A stretch of 63,872 bases of DNA, filler included, from Acidimicrobiia bacterium (GTDB lineage Bacteria > Actinomycetota > Acidimicrobiia > Spongiisociales > SHLN01): the NCBI GenBank assembly GCA_041619515.1. It is 3 parts of 3 records of this genome, joined end to end, with 100 filler letters (N's around TTAATTAATTAA, not from the genome) between each part and the next. Parts side by side here need not be neighbours in the genome. Positions count along the whole stretch, not along the records: positions 51,115 to 63,872 come from JBFKDW010000082.1; 2 more parts are not named here. One strand, 5' to 3'. A model generated the notes under the pieces. The model was not told the DNA's origin. It saw nothing but the letters and a program-made list of their open reading frames with translations, and did no database searches. Made by a program: the position numbers and the translations under genes. Every line of letters begins with the position of its first letter. Within the stretch, counting starts at the first letter, position 1. This document shows positions 56,485 to 63,872 of this stretch, in pieces.

Positions 56485-59454
56485 ATGGTTCGCAGCGCGA
56501 TCGTTTCCCTCCTGCTTGCCGTCGCCGTCCTCGGTCTCCCTGCTCCCGCCCTGGCCGCGTCGACGATCGACGTCTGGTACGGCCTCAACCAGGATCTGGC
56601 GCTGCCCGGTGAGCCTCAGGTCTGGTTCAACATCCCGGGCAACGTGTCCGGGGCCACGTCGCTTTCCTACCGGCTCAACGGTGGGCCCAGTGTCACCCTC
56701 ACCATCGGACCCGACGGACGCCGCCTGCACAACACCGGCGACTTCAACGTCGACCTGGCCGTGTCCTCCCTGAATTCGGGAGCGAACACGGTCGTGATCA
56801 CCGCCAACGACGGCACCACCGCAACGGTCACCGTCAACTACACACCCCCGAGCGGGATTTGGCCACTCCCCTCCACCATCGACTGGTCCGACTATTCCGC
56901 CGGCTGTGTGGTCGGTCAGCCGTGCGGGAACATCAACGACGCTGCCCACGTGGTGGACGGCAAGTGGCAGCTGACCGCCGCCGGGGTGCGCACACTCGAC
57001 CCGGGCTATGACCGGGCCATTGCGGTCGGAGACATCGACTGGACCGAGTACGAGGTGTCCGCCCCGGTGACGATTCATGCCCTCAACCAGGACACCAACC
57101 AGGGGATCCCGGGCGCGGTGGGTTTCCTCGTCGGCTGGCAGGGTCACACCAACAATCCGGTCGCGTGCGGCCAGCCCCGATGCGGCTGGTTGCCGGTGGG
57201 CGCCATCGGGTATCACCGCACCAATCAGGTGCTGCAGCTCTGGGACTCCGGGACGCTCGCCTCCACACCGAAGACCCTCACCGTCGGTGAGACCTACGTC
57301 TTCAAGCTGCGGGTCGAGGATTCCCCAAACGCCAACCCCGGGAATCTGTTCAGCTTCAAGGTGTGGGACATCAACGATCCGGAGCCGGCCGGGTGGGATA
57401 TCTCGGGCCAGGAAACCGAATCGGGGGTTCCCCACAACGGGTCGGTGCTCCTGCTGAGCCATTGGGACGACGTGACCTTCGGCGACGTGTCGATCTGCCC
57501 GCTCACCGGATGTGCGCCGGCGCCGCCGGTGGCCGTGGATGACAGCCGGCAGGTCAGCGACCTCGGTTCCGTCGAGATAGACGTGCTGTCCAACGACATA
57601 CCGGTCAGTTTCCCCCTCGACCCGGCAACCGTCGTCGTCAGCAACGAATCGAACGGGACCACCTCGGTCGACCCGGTCACCGGTGTGGTCACCTTCACCC
57701 ACACCCAGACCGGGGCCACCCCGGGCACCTTCAACTACACGGTGCAAGACACCGGAGGCGGGGTCTCCAACCAGGCGCTGGTGACGGTCGACGTGGTTGC
57801 GCCCGTCTTCGAATCCGACGACTTCAACGCCCCGACACTCGACCCGCGCTGGACCTGGCTGGAGGTCGACGCGGGAACTTCCTATCAGCTGGTGGGAGCC
57901 GGAACCGGTGACGCCCACCTCGCCATTTCGACCGGCGCCACCCCCCACAACCAGTACCTCCCGCCGCCCGGTGGCACAGCCGGCGAGGCGCCCCGTGTCA
58001 TGCAGGCGGTCACCGCCGACAGCGACTTCGAGGTCGAGGTCGGGTTCAACGCCGAGCCGGCCGGATCGTCGAACAACCAGGGCATTCTCATCGTGCAGGA
58101 CGCCGCCCGCTGGCTGCGCTTCGACATCTATCACGACGGGAGCCAGCTGAAAGCCTTCATCGGCGACACGAACGGCAACACGGTTGCGAAGCTCAACCAG
58201 GTGATCCCGGCCGGGTCGGCCCGAATCCTGCGGGTCAGGCGCGTCGGAAACGACTTCACCTTCGAACACTCGGCAGACGGGAGCACATGGTCCACCGCGG
58301 GCGCGATGTCCTCCACGCTCACCGTGCAGTCCATCGGCGTGTTTGCGGCCAATCCCACCGGGGGGAACTACACCGCCGAGGTCGACTACTTCTTCAGTAC
58401 CGCCGCCCCTATCTCGCCGGAGGACCCGGCAACGTTGATCTCGGGAATCGTGTTCGAGGATGAAAACGCCAACCAGGTGCTCGACGGGTCCGAGGGCGGC
58501 ATCGGCGGGGTGAAGGTCACGCTGCGCTCGGCCGGGCCCGACGGAATCCTCGGTGGCAGCGGGGCCGCCGACGACACCTCGTCATCCCAGACGACGCCCG
58601 CCGACGGCACGTATTCGTTCACGGGATTGGACGCCGGGCCGCACAAGGTGAGCGTCAAGGAGTCCACGGTCCCGGCCGGCCTGGTTTCGAGCACGGGCAA
58701 CAACCCCACCGTCGTCGACCTCGCGGCCGCAGAGCAGGCAACCGTTCAATTCGGTTACGCCGACCCGGCGGGGTTGTCGTCGATTTCGGGAATCGTGTTC
58801 GAGGACGAGAACGGCAATCAGGTTCTCGATGGCGCTGAAGGGGGCATCGGCGGGGTCAAGGTCACGCTGCGCTCGGCCGGCCCCGATGGGGTGCTGGGGG
58901 GCAGCGGCGCCGCCGACGATGTCTTCACGTCGCTGACCACACCTGCGGACGGGACGTATTCGTTTGCCGGCCTGGATGTCGGGTCTCACAAGGTGAGCGT
59001 GAAAGAAGCGACGGTCCCGGCCGGCCTGACCTCGAGCACGGGCAACAACCCGACGTTGGTGGATCTGGCCCTCGGTGAGCAGGCAACGGTTCAATTCGGC
59101 TACGCCGACCCGGCGGTCGTGACGTCGATTTCGGGGATCGTGTTCGAGGACGAGAACGCAAACCAAGTGTTCGATGGCGCCGACACCGGCATCGCCGCGG
59201 TGAAGGTGATGCTGCGCGCGGCCGGCCCCGATGGGGTGCTGGGGGGCAGCGGGGCAGCCGACGACGTCTTCTCGTCCCGGAGGACGGCCGCCGACGGGTC
59301 GTACTCGTTTGCGGGATTGGATGCCGGGCCGCACAAGGTGAGCGTGAGAGAATCCACGGTTCCGGCAGGTCTGACGTTGAGCACGGCCAACAACCCGACC
59401 ATCCTGAATCTGGCGGCCGGTGAGCAGGCAATCGTTCAATTCGGCTATCAGTAG
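56485..59454 (+). CDS. Secreted multidomain protein (beta-sandwich/LamG-like and Ig-like domains, three SdrD B-like repeats)
   Basis: Signal peptide ending PALA; P.AVDD..IDVL.ND Ig-like unit; SDDFN..LD.RW ConA-like unit; three C-terminal repeats. Confidence 0.8.
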   Translation: MVRSAIVSLLLAVAVLGLPAPALAASTIDVWYGLNQDLALPGEPQVWFNIPGNVSGATSLSYRLNGGPSVTLTIGPDGRRLHNTGDFNVDLAVSSLNSGANTVVITANDGTTATVTVNYTPPSGIWPLPSTIDWSDYSAGCVVGQPCGNINDAAHVVDGKWQLTAAGVRTLDPGYDRAIAVGDIDWTEYEVSAPVTIHALNQDTNQGIPGAVGFLVGWQGHTNNPVACGQPRCGWLPVGAIGYHRTNQVLQLWDSGTLASTPKTLTVGETYVFKLRVEDSPNANPGNLFSFKVWDINDPEPAGWDISGQETESGVPHNGSVLLLSHWDDVTFGDVSICPLTGCAPAPPVAVDDSRQVSDLGSVEIDVLSNDIPVSFPLDPATVVVSNESNGTTSVDPVTGVVTFTHTQTGATPGTFNYTVQDTGGGVSNQALVTVDVVAPVFESDDFNAPTLDPRWTWLEVDAGTSYQLVGAGTGDAHLAISTGATPHNQYLPPPGGTAGEAPRVMQAVTADSDFEVEVGFNAEPAGSSNNQGILIVQDAARWLRFDIYHDGSQLKAFIGDTNGNTVAKLNQVIPAGSARILRVRRVGNDFTFEHSADGSTWSTAGAMSSTLTVQSIGVFAANPTGGNYTAEVDYFFSTAAPISPEDPATLISGIVFEDENANQVLDGSEGGIGGVKVTLRSAGPDGILGGSGAADDTSSSQTTPADGTYSFTGLDAGPHKVSVKESTVPAGLVSSTGNNPTVVDLAAAEQATVQFGYADPAGLSSISGIVFEDENGNQVLDGAEGGIGGVKVTLRSAGPDGVLGGSGAADDVFTSLTTPADGTYSFAGLDVGSHKVSVKEATVPAGLTSSTGNNPTLVDLALGEQATVQFGYADPAVVTSISGIVFEDENANQVFDGADTGIAAVKVMLRAAGPDGVLGGSGAADDVFSSRRTAADGSYSFAGLDAGPHKVSVRESTVPAGLTLSTANNPTILNLAAGEQAIVQFGYQ
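58438..59451 (+). repeat. Three 345-bp intragenic repeats (115 aa)
   Basis: Units start at 58438, 58783 and 59128, each ISGIVFEDEN.NQV.DG...QFGY. Confidence 0.92.
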
Positions 59455-59485
59455 CCGCCTGCCGGGCAGGCAGCAACACCTGAGG

Positions 59486-60400
59486 TCAGCGGCCGCCCGC
59501 GTGTGAGGTGAGCCTCCGGATCGACTCGCGACCCGCCACCACGAAATCGGAGAGCAGCGGCTTGCGGGAGCGAATCATGCGCATGGCGAGAGCCGCCATC
59601 GCCCGCAGCGTGTCGCGCAGGCTGAGTGGGGCCCGCAGGATGGCGGCGGCGAAATTGAGGTGATAGCGCCAGTTCGGCCAGTAGGTGAGCGGGTTGGCGT
59701 TTCTCGGGTCGAACCAAACACCACGATCCTGCTGGCTCTGATACGCGTTCATCGAGTTGTCCGGGTGGTCGCGGTGGCAGTAGAGGCTCTTGTCGACGAG
59801 GAAGAACTTGCCGAGGATCGACAGTTCACCCAGCAAAACCCGATCACTCGAATCGAACGGCCCGATCAGCCGGGTGCGCGCCAGCGCATCGCGGCGGATC
59901 AACCCCACCGCCGGGAAGCATCTCCAATACGAGAACACCGGCCGCAGGCGGTCGACGGGATCGTCGGCCGTGACGTCCGTGTACTTGTCCCAGTACGTCA
60001 GGATGGTGTCGTTCTCGTCGATTTCGACGACCCTCGTGTAAGCCGCTACCACATCGGGTCGGCTGTCGAGGACGGCGACGCACTCCTCCAGCCACTCCGG
60101 CAGCAAGGTGTCGTCGTCGGTGGCCCACTTGAAGTAGGTGCCGCCCGCCTCGTGGAACACCCGGTTGTAGTTCCACGAAGCTCCCCGGTTCTCCTCGCTC
60201 CTGAGGTAGCGGATTCGTGGATCCCGGCCGGCCCATGTCCGGCATATCTCTTCGGTGCGGTCCGTCGACCCGTTGTCGGAGATGATGATCTCGAAGTCCT
60301 GAAACGTCTGGCCGAGCAGCGACTCGAGCGTCTTTTCGAGGTGCTTCTCGCCGTTGTACACCGGCAGGCCGATGCTCACCGCAGGCTCGGGCCGGTTCAT
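59486..60400 (-). CDS. Glycosyltransferase family 2
   Basis: VSIGLPVYNGE, ISDNGSTD, N.GA..NYN, YFKW..DDD. Confidence 0.93.
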   Translation of the reverse strand: MNRPEPAVSIGLPVYNGEKHLEKTLESLLGQTFQDFEIIISDNGSTDRTEEICRTWAGRDPRIRYLRSEENRGASWNYNRVFHEAGGTYFKWATDDDTLLPEWLEECVAVLDSRPDVVAAYTRVVEIDENDTILTYWDKYTDVTADDPVDRLRPVFSYWRCFPAVGLIRRDALARTRLIGPFDSSDRVLLGELSILGKFFLVDKSLYCHRDHPDNSMNAYQSQQDRGVWFDPRNANPLTYWPNWRYHLNFAAAILRAPLSLRDTLRAMAALAMRMIRSRKPLLSDFVVAGRESIRRLTSHAGGR

Positions 60401-61656
60401 ACCGACTCCAGCTCGGGTCGCAGGCCCATCCGGTGGAGATCCCGGCGGATCTCCTCCAGGTACGCCGGGTTCATCGCCACCACCAGGTCGGGCTGGTATT
60501 CCTCGAGGAACTCGGGAGAAACGCATTCCTGGCCGGTTCCGGCGAGGTAGGTCCCGTGCTTGAACGGGTTGATGTCGACGGCGTACTCGACCTGGGTCTG
60601 CGGCCCCAGCGTGTTGAGCAGGGCCACCGCCTTCGATCCCGCTCCCCACAGCACCGGTCTGCGTCCATCGGCCGCCAGCGCGGAGAAGCGTTCCTGCCAG
60701 CCGCGGATCGCCGCTCCGCACGAGGCTGCGAAGTCCGCCACTGCGGCGGTGACGTCGCCGAGGTCGTCGACCTCTATCCCGCCTTCCGAGCCGACCCGGG
60801 CATCGCACAGCAGATACTGATCGTCGAATCCCAGTTCGAGGCGGATCGCCGACAGGCCGGCAGCCGCGGTGAGGCGAGCGAGCGAGCCGAGAGTGAAATA
60901 GGAGGCATGCTCGTAGTAGATATCCCAAAATGCCCGTTCCCGGAGCACCCGCAGGGTGTCGGGAACCTCCAGGTAGACGACGCTCCCCGGAGTGTGGGCT
61001 GCCGATTGTCTCAGCAGCCGGGCGAATTCCCGTACCGGGCCCACGTGTTCCAGAGTGTGGCGGCAGCACACCAGGTCACCGGTCAGGTGGGTGAGCTCCT
61101 CGGTGAAGAACTCGCGAAGGAAGGTCATGCGATCGAGGGCTTCGCTCTCGAGGCGGCCGGGGACGTAGGCGGGGTCGACTCCGACGCCCCGATTTGGACC
61201 CGCTTCGCACAGCAGCGCCAGGAAGTCACCCTTGCCGCCTCCCACCTCCAACACGTCCTTGTCTCTCAGCTGGTAGCTGTCGACCAGCCGTCGGGCCAGC
61301 GCCTGCGCGAACTCGGCGAAGTGGGCCGAGAACCCCTGGGTTTCCTCGTAGTCGCTCGTGTAGTCCTGGACCTCAGACGTGTACACGAGGTTCTGGATGA
61401 AGCCGCATCGGGCGCAGAAGCCGAGCAGCACGTCGGCGGTTGGATAGGCGAGGGCTTCCCGGCGGGTCGGCAGCAGCGTGACGCTGTGGACGGGGACGCC
61501 CCGCACTTCGTAGAACGGTGCCATCCCGGCTCCCTCGCATGCCCGGCATACCGCGGCGGCACCGGTTTCCAGAGCGCGCCGGCGGCGGTCGTGGGGAATC
61601 GAGTCGAGCGGAATGGTCACCGGGCCGGGCTGGCGGGCCAGCCTGCCCTCAGGCAT
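60397..61656 (-). CDS. NDP-hexose C-methyltransferase family protein
   Basis: CRAC..CARC zinc site, EVG.GKG, HTLEH, IYYEH.SYF, WGAGSK, VDINP.K.G. Confidence 0.88.
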   Translation of the reverse strand: MPEGRLARQPGPVTIPLDSIPHDRRRRALETGAAAVCRACEGAGMAPFYEVRGVPVHSVTLLPTRREALAYPTADVLLGFCARCGFIQNLVYTSEVQDYTSDYEETQGFSAHFAEFAQALARRLVDSYQLRDKDVLEVGGGKGDFLALLCEAGPNRGVGVDPAYVPGRLESEALDRMTFLREFFTEELTHLTGDLVCCRHTLEHVGPVREFARLLRQSAAHTPGSVVYLEVPDTLRVLRERAFWDIYYEHASYFTLGSLARLTAAAGLSAIRLELGFDDQYLLCDARVGSEGGIEVDDLGDVTAAVADFAASCGAAIRGWQERFSALAADGRRPVLWGAGSKAVALLNTLGPQTQVEYAVDINPFKHGTYLAGTGQECVSPEFLEEYQPDLVVAMNPAYLEEIRRDLHRMGLRPELESV

Positions 61657-62692
61657 CTGCTTGGAGCGCCGCGCCGGTCCATCGGAGAGATTCGTCCACT
61701 CGACCCGCTTCCTGCAGTCGCTTCACGGTGCGAATGCGCATCAACCGGCTTTCGAAGTCCTCCCGGGTGAGCCCGTAGCGCTGGTAGGCCGCCAAGAGTT
61801 GCTCGACTCCCTTGCGCACCGTCCACTGTGGTTGGTAGGCGGGCAGCGTGGTGGGGAGCTTGTCGCAGTTGACCCGATAGTTTCGGATGTCGGGGCTGGC
61901 GTTGGCTGCGTACGCCACCGTGGCGCCGGTCACCTCGGCCACGATGTCGCCGACGTCACGGATCTGGTAGTTCTCGGAGGTCTGGCCCACATTGAACGCC
62001 TGGTTGTGAACCAGCTCGCGAGGAGCTTCCAGCACCGCCCGGAACCCACGCGACATGTCCTCGATGTGCACGAGCGGGCGCCACGGCGTCCCGTCGCTCT
62101 TGATCAGCGCCTCACCGTCGAGGTATGCCGAACCGACGAGGTTGTTGACCACCAGGTCGGCCCGCAGGCGCGGTGAGAACCCGTAGGCGGTGGCGCTCCG
62201 CATGAACGTGGGGCTGAAATCGTCGTCGGCGAGAGGGGACACGTCCTGCTCGGTACGGATCTTCGACCAGCCGTACGGAGTCACCGGATTGAAGCCGGCG
62301 GTCTCATCGAGGTAGTCGTCGCCCGAGGTTCCGTACAGGCTGCACGAGGAGGCGAAGATGTAGCGGGTGACGCCGGCTGCTTTGCCGGTCTTGGCGAGCT
62401 TGACCGAGGCAGTGTGGTTGATGTCGTAGGTGCGGTCGGCATTGAGATCTCCGAGCGGGTCGTTGGAAAGGCCCGCCAGGTGGATGATGGCGTCGATGCC
62501 GGCCAGGTCGTCGATGCTGATGTCGCGAATATCGCCCGTGACGGCGATATCGGGGGCGCCGGCCTCGGGCCCGATGGTGCAGTCTGCGAACAGGTTGCTG
62601 TCGAAGCCGACTACCTCGTGGCCGCCCTCTTGCAGGTGCGGAACCATGACCGATCCGACGTACCCGTTGTGGCCGGTGACGAGAACTCGCAT
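61649..62692 (-). CDS. NAD-dependent sugar epimerase/dehydratase (extended SDR)
   Basis: TGHNGYVG, HLAGLSNDP.G, SSCS.YG, YGWSK (YxxxK), R.ATAYG.SPRLR.DLV.N. Confidence 0.92.
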   Translation of the reverse strand: MRVLVTGHNGYVGSVMVPHLQEGGHEVVGFDSNLFADCTIGPEAGAPDIAVTGDIRDISIDDLAGIDAIIHLAGLSNDPLGDLNADRTYDINHTASVKLAKTGKAAGVTRYIFASSCSLYGTSGDDYLDETAGFNPVTPYGWSKIRTEQDVSPLADDDFSPTFMRSATAYGFSPRLRADLVVNNLVGSAYLDGEALIKSDGTPWRPLVHIEDMSRGFRAVLEAPRELVHNQAFNVGQTSENYQIRDVGDIVAEVTGATVAYAANASPDIRNYRVNCDKLPTTLPAYQPQWTVRKGVEQLLAAYQRYGLTREDFESRLMRIRTVKRLQEAGRVDESLRWTGAALQADA

Positions 62693-62989
62693 TGCGTTGA
62701 CTCCAATTGCTTCGGGTGCGGCTGGTGACGATCAGGACGTGCGGGCTCTGCTCCGGTGGCTCAGCCTGCCTTGTCAGGGGATCAGCGTACTTCGGATCGG
62801 CGAGTTGCATGCCGCCGACGAGCCCCATGCGGACGCCGTGGCACGGGTTCGGGTGGCGCGAAACCCATCCGCCGCAGCGACGCGTGTGGTGCCCGCGGCC
62901 GCCGCCGACCAGCCAGAAATGGGGCCGCCGGGTGAGTTGTTCATATCGCCGGGTGGGCGTACGGTTATCTGGACATCGGAGATCTCCAC

Positions 62990-63872
62990 ATGGCCTCTGC
63001 GCCACTCGTCAGCGTCATCATCCCCACCTACAACCGACGCCAGCTTCTGGCGGAGGCGCTCGACTCGGCGCGCGCCCAGACCCACACCAACCTCGAGATC
63101 ATCGTCGTCGACGACGGCTCCACCGACGACACCGGCGACTACGTGCGCGGGCTCGAGTCGGACCGGATCATCTATGTTCCCCAGGAGCATCGCGGATATC
63201 CGGGAACGGCCCGCAATGTCGGCCTCAAGATGGCCACCGGAGAGTATGTGGCGTTTCTGGACTCCGATGACGTATGGCTGCCGGCCAAGATCGAGACCCA
63301 GCTCCAGATCCTCGAAGCGGACGATTCACTCGACTTCGTGGCAACCGATTTCCTCGAATCCCCGCCACGCCGACGCAAGACGGCGCTCGGCCTCACCGAA
63401 CCGAAGCTGCTCGTATTCGAGGACCTCCTCCACGCCTGTCCGATCTTCAATTCCAGTGTGGTGATCCGTACTTCGGTCGTGCGGGAGGTCGGTTTGCAGG
63501 ACGAGGGGCTGAGAACCTGCCAGGACTACGAGTACTGGCTGCGGGTGCTGCGCAGGCGCGATCGCTCCGGTGTGATCCTTCCGCAAGCACTCACCGTGTA
63601 TCGGCGCCATGCGAGCAACCACAGTGCCCAGGACGTCGTCCAATGCGATCGGCTGAGCACGATCGTGGCCCGGCACCGTGATTATGACGCCGGCCTGGTC
63701 GACTCGGTTCTCGATGAGCTGCAGGACAGAAAGGCGTTCCGCCAGGCCCTCGTCGACCTCGCGACCGGACGGACCTCGCTTCCCCGGGCCTTGCTGCGGC
63801 GGGAGGTGCGTCCCGTCGACCGGCTCCGATTGATCAAGCAGCGCATGCTGGGCCTCGGGCAGGCAGCGAACC
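62990..63872 (+). CDS. Glycosyltransferase family 2 (runs off the window end; not in ORF track)
   Basis: ATG 62990: MASAPLVSVIIPTYNR..LEIIVVDDGSTD..ARN.G..GEYVAFLDSDD.W.P.K. Confidence 0.9.
   Translation, partial: MASAPLVSVIIPTYNRRQLLAEALDSARAQTHTNLEIIVVDDGSTDDTGDYVRGLESDRIIYVPQEHRGYPGTARNVGLKMATGEYVAFLDSDDVWLPAKIETQLQILEADDSLDFVATDFLESPPRRRKTALGLTEPKLLVFEDLLHACPIFNSSVVIRTSVVREVGLQDEGLRTCQDYEYWLRVLRRRDRSGVILPQALTVYRRHASNHSAQDVVQCDRLSTIVARHRDYDAGLVDSVLDELQDRKAFRQALVDLATGRTSLPRALLRREVRPVDRLRLIKQRMLGLGQAAN

Noticed and set aside
62693..62989. Small peptide ORF (MNNSPGG...) between the SDR and the GT2
   Set aside because: No RBS, motif or family resemblance; more simply a divergent promoter region.

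Overview
High-GC bacterial scaffold, most likely Actinomycetota; Acidimicrobiia-like is an inference from the single clpP, mreBCD-pbp2-rodA, DivIVA domain, F420 PPOX protein and DUF3039. It consists of three contigs joined by artificial N44-TTAATTAATTAA-N44 linkers at 25691-25790 and 51015-51114, so adjacency across those joins is unproven. Contig 1 (1-25690) has a few accessory genes, four tRNAs and the conserved tig-clpP-clpX...valS-folC-ndk...mreBCD-pbp2-rodA-tdk-rne-rplU block. Contig 2 (25791-51014) has LacI, an acyl-CoA dehydrogenase/TetR pair, a xanthine dehydrogenase/purine catabolism cluster, serB/serA, a redox-stress cluster and a partial sortase-anchored surface protein. Contig 3 (51115-63872) is a surface polysaccharide cluster. 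No integrase, transposase, CRISPR array or recognisable defence system was seen. The strongest signals are: five clustered SigH/SigR-type promoters (GGAAY-N18-GTTG, one with a mismatch) defining a putative thiol-stress regulon; a SigK-type promoter on a fasciclin lipoprotein; a tandem double phosphoglycosyl transferase; a catalytically remodelled HIU-hydrolase/transthyretin-like protein coupled to DUF5658; a probable non-canonical (ATC) start; a candidate sRNA after clpX; a repeat-hairpin rne leader; and pervasive leaderless gene architecture. All family assignments come from motif recognition by eye, not from database searches.
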